Shown here: in pieces, positions 1-6,836 of the stretch
Numbering within the stretch: position 1 is the stretch's first letter
Layout of the letters: every line of letters begins with the position of its first letter
Assembly (NCBI GenBank): GCA_043819795.1
Contig: JBDREN010000232.1
Location: forward strand, 1 to 10,047
Direction: 5' to 3'
DNA: 10,047 nt
Source of the DNA: Elusimicrobiota bacterium
GTDB taxonomy: Bacteria; Elusimicrobiota; Elusimicrobia; UBA1565
Notes under the pieces: model-generated
Told to the model about the DNA's origin: nothing
Databases searched by the model: none
What the model saw: only the letters and a program-made list of their open reading frames with translations
Translations under genes and position numbers: made by a program

Positions 1-1320
1 GGCCGTGCAGTCCACCACGGTCCGGCCGACCGGGAACGCTCCAGGCTGGGACGAGCAGGATGCGGTCGCGCTGCAGTTGTCCGCGGCCGAAGGCGCGAAC
101 TGGACGTCGGCCGAGCACAGCCCCGTATCGTTGTCCGCAAAGACATCGGCGGGAACGGTGAGCACCGGCGGCAAGGAATCGATCACCGTGACCACGGCTT
201 GGCAGCTATCCGATTGCCCGTCCGGGTCGGTCACGGTCAGGGTCACGGTCAGTATGCCCAAATCCGCGCAGTTGAAACTGTCCCTATCCATACTGCGGAA
301 AAGCGGATCGCCGGCCGGATCCGTAGAGCCGGCGTCCACAGTGGAGGGGCTCAGCACGGCCAGACCGTCTTGGTCGAGCAAGGCCTCCGCGTTCGCGCAC
401 ACAGCCTCAGGCGTCCCGTCAAACTCAGGCACAGACGGACAGATCGCGGCCGGGATACCGGCGTAATCCTCGGCTTGGCCGTGGATGTTGTCTCCATAGC
501 ATTGCACGCTGCCGTCTGTTTTGAGCACGCAGGTGTGGGTCAGACCGGCCGAGACGCCCACTGCGTCGCCGCCTGTGTAGTCCGAGGCCTGGTTAAGACT
601 ATTGTCCCCGTAGCAGTCCACGTTGTTGTCCGCCTTATGCACGCAGGTATGGCTCAGACCGGCCGCCACGGAGGCCGCGTCGCCGCCCGTATAGTCCTCG
701 GCCTGGCCATAATCATTCAATCCGTAGCAGTCCACGCTGCCGTTTGTTTTCAGCACGCAGGTGTGGCTATTCCCTGCGGCCAATCCCACCGCGTCGTTGC
801 CCGGATAGTCCTCGGATTGGCCGTGGGTATTGTTTCCATAGCAGTGCACGCTGCCGTTTGTTTTCAGCACGCAGGTGTGATACTCGCCGGCGGCCACGGC
901 CGCGGCGTCGTTGCCCGGGTAGTCCTCGGATTGGCCATAAGAGTTGTCTCCATAGCAATCCACGCTGCCGGACACCTTGAGCACGCAGGTGTGGTAAGCC
1001 CCGGCTGCCACGGCCGCGGCGTCGCGGCTCGGGTAGTCCTCGGATTGGCCGTGGGTGTTGTCTCCATAGCAGTGCACGCTGCTGCCTGAGGTCAGCACGC
1101 AGGTGTGATGCGATCCGACGGCCACGGCCGCGGCGTCGCCGCCCGTGTAGTCCTCGGATTGGCCATAAGAGTTGTCTCCATAGCAGTCCACGCTGCCGTT
1201 CGTTTTCAGCACGCAGGTGTGGATGGCTCCCGCCATCCCAAGCTCGGCCATCAATCCTGAGTCCGCACAGGACGGGTAGCGGCACGCGGGGGCGCCGGGA
1301 TCGGAAATTTTATCCTGGGG
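1..1320 (-). CDS. C-terminal part of the secreted repeat protein: seven RCC1/BLIP-II-like blades, an Ig-like domain and a HYR-like domain; 3' end lies beyond the window
   Basis: Hand translation of the minus frame with codons starting at multiples of 3 shows no stop from 1320 to 1: PQDKISDPGAPACRYPSCADSGLMAELGMAGAIHTCVLKTNGSVDCYGDNSYGQSEDY...(7 blades)...PEAVCANAEALLDQDG...VTLTVTDPDGQSDSCQAVVTVIDSLPPVLTVPADV...AADNC...GAFPVGRTVVDCTA. It is absent from the ORF track, probably because it has no stop in the window. An alternative start is ATG 1251-1249. Confidence 0.9.
463..1233 (-). repeat. Seven tandem 114-bp (38-aa) RCC1/BLIP-II-like repeats
   Basis: GCACGCAGGT (+ strand) recurs at 525, 639, 753, 867, 981, 1095 and 1209, an exact 114-bp period. 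Protein consensus is AGxxHTCVLKxxGSVxCYGxNxxGQxEDYxGxDAxxVx. Confidence 0.92.
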
Positions 1321-2231
1321 CAGGGGTCGCAGGATGAGTTGCCCGCAGCTTGCGCGTAGGTGCCGGCCGGGCAGTCCTGGCATGTTTCCGAGGAATTGGC
1401 CCCGACCGCGTCCGACCAAGTCCCCGGCGCACAGCCGTCGCAGGATGAGCTGCCCGCAGCTTGCGCGTAGGTGCCGGCCGGGCAGGAATAGCAGGAAGCC
1501 TGCCCTGTGGACGGCTGGTAGGTTCCGGTCGCGCAGGAATAGCAGGAAGCCTGTCCTGTGTACGCCTGGTAGGTCCCGGCCGCGCAGGAAGGGCAGGACG
1601 CCTGCCCTGTGGACGACTGGTAGGTTCCCGGCGAGCAGTCAGAGCAGGAAGTCTGCCCTATAGAATCTTGGTAGGTCCCGGCTGCGCAGTTAGAGCAGGA
1701 AGCCTGCCCTGTGGACGGCTGGTAGGTTCCGGCCGCGCAGGAAGGGCAGGAAGTCTGCCCTGTGGACGACTGGTAGGTTCCGGCCGCGCAGGAAAGGCAG
1801 GAAGTCTTTCCGGTGGATGGCTGATAGGTTCCTGCCAGGCAGGAATAGCAGGAAGAATTTCCGACGTTAGGCGAGTAGGTTCCCTTTTGGCAATAATATC
1901 TATACCCATTGCCCGGGCAGTACATTCCCGGCGGGCATTCCGTGGGCAGGCCTCCCGTGCAGTACTGTCCGGGAAAATTGCATGGTCGGGGCTCTGCAGT
2001 GCCCAAGGGGCACCACTTGCCTTCCGGGCAGGGGCAAGGGTTATACGCAATTTGATTGTGCGGGCAATAAGTGCCTGCCGGGCAGGGCGCGACCACGAAC
2101 AAAGCAGGACACCACCATCCCGGAATTGCAGGGCAAAACCAATGAGTTTCGCCGCAAGCTCGAGCAGCATCGGCCGCGAAGCACCCGATAATAATCAGCG
2201 CAATCGACAAAACCAGTTTTTTTGTTCTCAT
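1251..2231 (-). CDS. N-terminal part of a secreted cysteine-rich repeat protein (signal peptide plus GCC2_GCC3/ephrin-receptor-like/TNFR-like Cys repeats); frameshifted near 1317-1320
   Basis: Signal-peptide-like start MRTKKLVLSIALIIIGCFAADAARA, AGGAG RBS 7 nt upstream, and repeated CxxGTYQxxxGxxSCxx units. The tail after ...SCDPCP (RIKFPIPAPP...) loses the repeat pattern, which continues in the -1 frame. Confidence 0.88.
   Translation of the reverse strand: MRTKKLVLSIALIIIGCFAADAARACGETHWFCPAIPGWWCPALFVVAPCPAGTYCPHNQIAYNPCPCPEGKWCPLGTAEPRPCNFPGQYCTGGLPTECPPGMYCPGNGYRYYCQKGTYSPNVGNSSCYSCLAGTYQPSTGKTSCLSCAAGTYQSSTGQTSCPSCAAGTYQPSTGQASCSNCAAGTYQDSIGQTSCSDCSPGTYQSSTGQASCPSCAAGTYQAYTGQASCYSCATGTYQPSTGQASCYSCPAGTYAQAAGSSSCDGCAPGTWSDAVGANSSETCQDCPAGTYAQAAGNSSCDPCPRIKFPIPAPPRAATRPVRTQD
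1320..1892 (-). repeat. Eleven tandem Cys-rich units, mostly 51 bp (17 aa), plus a twelfth unit crossing the frameshift
   Basis: Nine 17-aa units run from codon 1892, then one 20-aa unit at 1433 and one 17-aa unit at 1373. Segments 1326-1374 and 1437-1485 are a 49-bp direct repeat with one mismatch. Confidence 0.9.
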
Positions 2232-2238
2232 GGTCGCT

Positions 2239-2243
2239 CTCCT
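2239..2243 (-). promoter_or_regulatory. Shine-Dalgarno AGGAG for the 2231 start
   Basis: Minus strand reads AGGAG-AGCGACC-ATG. Confidence 0.75.
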
Positions 2244-2324
2244 ATTTCGGCGGCAGGCAAGTCAGCCGCAACGGTACTGAGGGAATTGACGGTTTCCGGA
2301 ACGCGAATTCTTTTGGCGCACAAG

Positions 2325-2353
2325 TTTATATTAGGGTAATGATTGGGTATCAA
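2325..2353 (-). promoter_or_regulatory. Putative sigma70 promoter for the repeat-protein gene
   Basis: Minus strand TTGATA (2353-2348), 17-nt spacer, TATAAA (2330-2325), in an AT-rich island about 95 nt upstream of the ATG. Confidence 0.6.
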
Positions 2354-2553
2354 TTACTTATCATATTATAAATAATTCCGCCAGGACAACGGGATGATAA
2401 AGTGAAATAAAAAGGGCTGCGAAAACAAGGGTTTTCGATTTGGCCAAAAGCGCCCCCTTTTACATATCCAACGAGTCCCGAATTTGGACTATCGCAGGTT
2501 GCCTTGGATCGACTTCTGGGAGCCACACCCAATTTCCAGGACCCCATCTTTCT

Positions 2554-2727
2554 CGGGGAGATGTCTGCAAGAGAGGCGCTCTGTGGCGAGGGCAGGATTC
2601 CCTTCGGTAAAGTTTTTCCTGAGCGCAGTCGAAGGACTCAGGACAAGCTCGCCAAAAACCTTAAGGTTATGAGCCTCGAAGTAACCTCGCTTCGCCTCAC
2701 CGTCGAGGTGGTCCGTCATTTCCTTCG
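2554..2727. repeat. Palindromic REP/MITE-like intergenic element containing a nested CCTGAGCGCAGTCGAAGG-type small repeat
   Basis: Perfect palindrome AACCTTAAGGTT at 2657-2668. Inverted arms TCCTGAG...CTCAGGA and CCTTCG...CGAAGG at about 2600-2645. Outer arms GGGGAGATG/CATTTCCTT can pair with G-U. The inner motif gives the spurious PERSRR / LSAVEGLRTS peptides that I recall from such repeats. Confidence 0.5.
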
Positions 2728-2800
2728 GTCAGCATCCGAAATACTTTTGCCACGGACTGCTGGTCAATGATAGCGTAACTGGCCCCAAATACCAGAGGGC

Positions 2801-3484
2801 GTGTGCATCAAGCTGGATGCGCGGGACTTCTTGGCGGCCTATGTCGCGGCTTACATCGAGCGGGATGTTAGGGAAGTCACGCGGGTGGGGGACCTGTCCA
2901 CGTTTCGGAGGTTCTTGCAGATCTGCGCGGGTCGCTCCGGACAGATACTCAACCTATCCAGCCTGGGGGCGGACTGCGGAATCACCCATCCCACCGCGCG
3001 GCAATGGCTCTCGGTGCTTGAGGCCGGTTCTATCGTGTTCTTGCTCCAGCCGTTCCACAAGAATTTCAACAAGCGCATCGTGAAGAGCCCGAAGCTGTTC
3101 TTCCTGGATTCCGGCCTGATGTGTCATCTTCTTCGTCTGCTCAGCCCCGACGACCTCCGGGGACATCCCTTGTACGGAAGCATCTTTGAGACTTTCGTGG
3201 TGCCGGAGATCCACAAGGCCTTCGCCCATCTCGGCGAGGCACCGCCGTTGTCCTATTGGCGCGACAGGACAGGTCACGAGATCGATCTGCTCGTCGAAAG
3301 CGGACGTTTCTTGACCGCCGTCGAGATCAAATCCGCCAAGACGATATCTTCCGACTTCTTCAAGCAGTTGCGCTATTTTACCGGCCTGAAAGGGGTCTCG
3401 GGAAATTCCGTTCTAGTGTATGGGGGGGAGGAGGCCGTCCGACGCGAGGGCATTCGGATCAGGACATGGCACCAGGTTTCATAG
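2801..3484 (+). pseudogene. 5'-truncated AAA_14/DUF4143-family ATPase; only the DUF4143 and C-terminal nuclease-like half is present
   Basis: Motifs YIERDV, GQILNLSSLG, KSPKLFFLDSG, GSIFETFV, YWRDxxGxEIDL and AVEIKS. No Walker A/B is present, and in-frame stops TGA TAG at 2768-2773 close the frame just upstream. Family members are normally about 400 aa. Confidence 0.8.
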
Positions 3485-4056
3485 GCTTTGTCGCATGGCT
3501 CGCAACGGAGCAGTGATCAGATCCTCTGCCCCAGATGATCACGTCACGAGCTGACTTCTCGGCATTCCGAGCCTGGCCATCGTGTTGAGTATCCAGCCGA
3601 TACGCATCTCCACTTGCAGGTGGGCGCGATGATGACTTTTGTCTGCCGCTCCGGGCGGTGCTGGTAGAGCGCTTGGTGGACGCGTTCCTTATCATGCGCG
3701 CCGTCGGCGCAGGCTGAGGCCAGCGGACCATTGATCTGTCTCAACAGGGCAAGACCATATGCCATGCGAACGCTAAGGCCCGTCTCGATGGCAATCCTCG
3801 CGTAAAAACGTTGCCCGCCGGGTTGCCGACTGACCGGCGCCCGCCAGGCGTTCAACGCCGCATCAGCGATTCAGAAGGTCATGTCGCCACGCCGACGTAG
3901 ACCTTCCTCATGCTCCGGCCAGTTACTCATCCGATAGGGCTTCTTCGTGTATTCATACTGGGTCCGCTTGGGGTGATTCATGGCGAGAAACCCCAGCTAA
4001 TATTCCAACACCCGACCTGCGTGGGGTAGCGGATCGAGGAGTCATGCGCCAATGCC
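3484..4056 (-). mobile_element. Internally deleted, non-autonomous IS5-family (IS903 group) element, 573 bp
   Basis: Terminal inverted repeats GGCTTTGTCGCATGGCTC (3484-3501) and, on the minus strand, GGCATTGGCGCATGACTC (4056-4039) match at 15/18 and resemble the IS903 end GGCTTTGTTG. They enclose a transposase relic. No target-site duplication was found. Confidence 0.85.
3539..3981 (-). pseudogene. IS903-group transposase relic with a nonsense codon and two internal deletions
   Basis: From ATG 3981: MNHPKRTQYEYTKKPYRMSNWPEHEEGLRRRGDMTF*IADAALNAWRAPVSRQPGGQRFYARIAIETGLSVRMAYGLALLRQ|INGPLASACADGAHDKERVHQAL...VIIAP, then in another frame QVEMRIGWILNTMARLGMPRSQLVT* (stop 3541-3539). These match the N-terminal NW..Y...L..RG...W and GGQ..Y...AIE blocks, the ADGAYD block and the C-terminal LN.M..LG.P block of IS903-group transposases. 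Confidence 0.88.
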
Positions 4057-4247
4057 ACGGCTCTCCGGAGGAGCCGACTCCCAACGAGTTTGCGAGGATC
4101 CAAACTAAAAAGCTACAACCTGAAAGCCCTGGAGTCCTCACCCTTGAACTGCTCCGGTGAATGGGCGGGCTTCAGCGGACGTGAGCGGATTCTCCTTCGG
4201 GAACGTCCGCCCAGGACAAGGATCGAAGAAAACCAGGCGAGAAGAGG

Positions 4248-5360
4248 ATGCGCACTTTATTGGCGGGCGCGAAACGCATTGTCATTAAGGCGGGAACGAG
4301 CATGCTCGCCGCTCCGCAGGGGTGGATTTCCGAAACGCAGCTCCAAGGTCTCGGCCGCCAAGTGACGCGTATCATCCATGGGAAAAAGCAGGTGGTGCTC
4401 GTCAGCTCCGGTGCCATCGCCTTCGGCATGCAGTCCCGAGGGATAAAGAAACGTCCCCGCATCATGGCGGCCCTGCAGGCGTGCGCCGCGATCGGACAAG
4501 GGAAGCTCATGCATGCCTATGAGGAGTTTTTTTCCATGAACGGGATCGGGACCGCGCAGCTCCTCTTGACGCGGGATGGACTCGAGGACCGGCGGCGGTT
4601 CTTGGCCGCGCGCCGGACCTTCGAAGAGCTGCTGGCGATGGGGGTCCTGCCGATCGTCAATGAAAACGATACCGTCGCCACCGAGGAGATCGCGTTCGGG
4701 GATAATGATATTCTGTCGGTCCATGCGGCCCATTTGGTCCATGCAGACTGTTTGATTCTCCTTTCGGATGTCGACGGATTTTTTCTAAAGGACGGTTCTC
4801 GCATCCGCGAGGTAAGCTCCGAGCAGGATATCGACCGAGAATTGGTCAAACACCTGAAGGATGTCCCCAAGGAGAGGACGGTCGGGGGCATGAAGGCGAA
4901 GCTCGAGGCGGCCCGTGTCGCCATGCGCCTGGGGGTCCCCTTGATCATGGTGAATGGCCACGAACCCGACATGATCGCGAGGGTCCTGGCGGGCGAGGAT
5001 GTCGGGACGTTTTTTTGCGCGGGAAAGGGGAGGTCGAACGCCCGGAAGAAATGGATCGCGTTTTCAGCGGCTCGGAAAGGGACCCTCTGGGTGGATAAGG
5101 GGGCCTATCGGGCCCTGGTGGCCGAAAAACGGAGCCTCCTGCCCAGCGGGGTGGTTCGCTGGGCAGGACCGTTCAAGAAAGGAGATGTGGTGGAGCTTGC
5201 CACGGCCGCTGACCGAGTGTTCGGACGTGGAGTGATTACGTGCTCCGCCGATGAGATGGCGCGCATGGCCGGAAAGAAGACCTCCGAAGCGGCGGCCCTT
5301 CTCGGGTATGCCCATCGCGGCGAGATCATTCACCGCAATGACCTTGTCTTATGGGGGTAG
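4248..5360 (+). CDS. proB: Glutamate 5-kinase with C-terminal PUA domain
   Basis: IVIKAGTS, VLVSSGAI, QACAAIGQ, PIVNENDTV, FGDNDILS, LSDVDG, GGMKAKLEAA and the PUA region (VDKGA...SLLPSGV...IIHRNDLV). Confidence 0.97.
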   Translation: MRTLLAGAKRIVIKAGTSMLAAPQGWISETQLQGLGRQVTRIIHGKKQVVLVSSGAIAFGMQSRGIKKRPRIMAALQACAAIGQGKLMHAYEEFFSMNGIGTAQLLLTRDGLEDRRRFLAARRTFEELLAMGVLPIVNENDTVATEEIAFGDNDILSVHAAHLVHADCLILLSDVDGFFLKDGSRIREVSSEQDIDRELVKHLKDVPKERTVGGMKAKLEAARVAMRLGVPLIMVNGHEPDMIARVLAGEDVGTFFCAGKGRSNARKKWIAFSAARKGTLWVDKGAYRALVAEKRSLLPSGVVRWAGPFKKGDVVELATAADRVFGRGVITCSADEMARMAGKKTSEAAALLGYAHRGEIIHRNDLVLWG

Positions 5361-5361
5361 G

Positions 5362-6630
5362 ATGAGCCGATCGCCTTCTTGGAAAAAGGAACTTGCCTCC
5401 ACGCTAGCCAAGCTCAAGCCGGCTGCGTGGGCGAGTGCCAGGCTGTCATCCGAAGTCAAGCGCGCGGTACTTTATGAAATAGCCGGCCAGATGGTGGCTT
5501 CTCGGGGTTCGATCCTTCGCGAGAATCAAAAAGATCTGCGTCGGGGGACACAGGCCGACCTTTCGGCAGCCCTGCTCGATCGGCTGACCTTGACCCCCGA
5601 GCGGATCGGGGTCATGGCCGAGGGGGTCCGTGCGGTGGCGGACCTCCCGGACCCGGTGGGGCGTACGCTCGCCGGCTGGCAAAGGCCCAATGGCCTTTTG
5701 ATTTCCAAAGTGAGCGTTCCGATCGGCGTGATCTTGATCATTTACGAATCCAGGCCCAACGTGACGGTCGAATGTGCCGCCCTGTGCTTGAAGAGCGGCA
5801 ACACGGTCCTTTTGCGGGGCGGCCGCGAGGCGTTTCGCTCCAACCGCGTGTTGGCTGCCCTCTTTCAGCGCGTGCTTGATCGGCACAAACTGCCCAAGGC
5901 CTGCGTTAGTTTCGTGAAGACGACCGAATACGCGGCCGTCGATCATCTCCTTCATCAAGATCAAGATATTCATCTTGTGATTCCCCGGGGGGGGGAGGCC
6001 TTGATCCGAAAGGTCGTCAAGGCGTCCAGGATCCCCGTGATCAAGCATTATCAAGGCATTTGTCATGTGTATGTGGACCGGGATGCGAATCTCGAGAAGG
6101 CTGTCTCCATCGCCTTGAATGCCAAGATGCAGCGTCCGGGCGTCTGCAATGCCATGGAAACCTTGCTGGTCCATGAGGCCGTGGCGCCGCGTTTCCTTCC
6201 GGATATGGGGACACGATTGAAAGAGAGTCATTGTGAGATCCGTGCTGACCGGCGCGCGCGCGGGTGGCTCGCCGGGGCCAAGGCTGCCCGGCCTTCGGAT
6301 TTCGGGCGCGAATTCTTGGGGCCCATCTTGGCCGTGAAGGTGGTGGCGAGTTTGCGGGAGGCCGTGGAGCATATTGCCCGCTACGGTTCCGCCCATACCG
6401 ATGCGATCGTGACGGAAAACCCCGAGGCGGCCGCGATCTTCAAGCGGGAGGTGGATTCCTCCTCGGTCATGGTCAATGCCTCCACGCGTTTTTCAGACGG
6501 GTTTCAATATGGGTTCGGCGCTGAGATCGGGATTTCGACGGATAAGATCCATGCCCGAGGCCCTATGGGGCTCGAGGGGTTGACCTCGTATAAATATATC
6601 GTGGAAGGGGACGGACACATCCGAACCTGA
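5362..6630 (+). CDS. proA: Gamma-glutamyl phosphate reductase (glutamate-5-semialdehyde dehydrogenase)
   Basis: LLDRL, IIYESRPNVT, IPRGGEAL, GICHVYVD, CNAMETLLV, VNASTRFSDG, GAEIGISTDKIHARGPMGL. The start is most likely ATG 5362, just after the proB TAG, rather than 5251. Confidence 0.97.
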   Translation: MSRSPSWKKELASTLAKLKPAAWASARLSSEVKRAVLYEIAGQMVASRGSILRENQKDLRRGTQADLSAALLDRLTLTPERIGVMAEGVRAVADLPDPVGRTLAGWQRPNGLLISKVSVPIGVILIIYESRPNVTVECAALCLKSGNTVLLRGGREAFRSNRVLAALFQRVLDRHKLPKACVSFVKTTEYAAVDHLLHQDQDIHLVIPRGGEALIRKVVKASRIPVIKHYQGICHVYVDRDANLEKAVSIALNAKMQRPGVCNAMETLLVHEAVAPRFLPDMGTRLKESHCEIRADRRARGWLAGAKAARPSDFGREFLGPILAVKVVASLREAVEHIARYGSAHTDAIVTENPEAAAIFKREVDSSSVMVNASTRFSDGFQYGFGAEIGISTDKIHARGPMGLEGLTSYKYIVEGDGHIRT

Positions 6631-6645
6631 CCCAAGAAGGATAAG

Positions 6646-6753
6646 ATGAGAACGGGACTCTCGGGGGGAGCCTTCGATCCCGTTCCTGCGGGGCATTTGA
6701 GATCGGCGCGCCAAGCCGTTGAGGTCCGGCGGCGATCGGACACTTTGACCTGA
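6646..6753 (+). pseudogene. nadD: Degenerate N-terminal stub of nicotinate-nucleotide adenylyltransferase
   Basis: AAGAAGGA RBS, then MRTGLSGGAFDPVPAGHLRSARQAVEVRRRSDTLT*, resembling NadD MRIGxFGGxFDPxHxGHL with the first His replaced by Pro. proB-proA-nadD is a common gene order. Confidence 0.75.
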
Positions 6754-6836
6754 GAAATCGTTGACGGGCTCGGGCCGTGCCTGGTTCGTCTACCTAGGCC
6801 GAGAGTCGCAATCAGTCCCCCTCGACGGGCCCGGCG

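Noticed and set aside
463..1892. Tandem repeats as a CRISPR array or DGR template/variable pair
   Set aside because: Periods are multiples of 3 and coding, there are no unique spacers, no cas or reverse transcriptase gene is present, and I saw no adenine-restricted mismatch pattern.
5..2339. Plus-strand ORFs (5-466, 199-1089, 1461-2339 and others) and minus ORFs 767-1285, 864-1067 and 1658-2170
   Set aside because: Antisense or off-frame shadows of the repeat protein; their periodicity only mirrors the real repeats.
3871..3873. TGA at a Trp position as genetic-code reassignment
   Set aside because: Other genes use TGG for Trp and TGA as stop, and the relic is otherwise broken.
3500..4120. 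Numerous hairpins (for example GAAGGTC/GACCTTC at 3874-3907) as a large structured ncRNA
   Set aside because: Most of the region is explained by the IS903-group transposase relic, and short stems are expected by chance at this GC content.
4145..4173. Minus-strand GAAGCCCGCCCATTCACCGGAGCAGTTCA resembling an IS200/IS605 right end
   Set aside because: The hairpin 3' arm is missing and there is no tnpA/tnpB nearby; too weak to call.
5251..5361. Longer proA start at 5251
   Set aside because: It overlaps the proB PUA domain by 110 nt; ATG 5362 gives a typical ProA length.
5987..5995. G9 run in proA as a phase-variation tract
   Set aside because: It encodes the conserved PRGGE motif, in frame, in a housekeeping gene.
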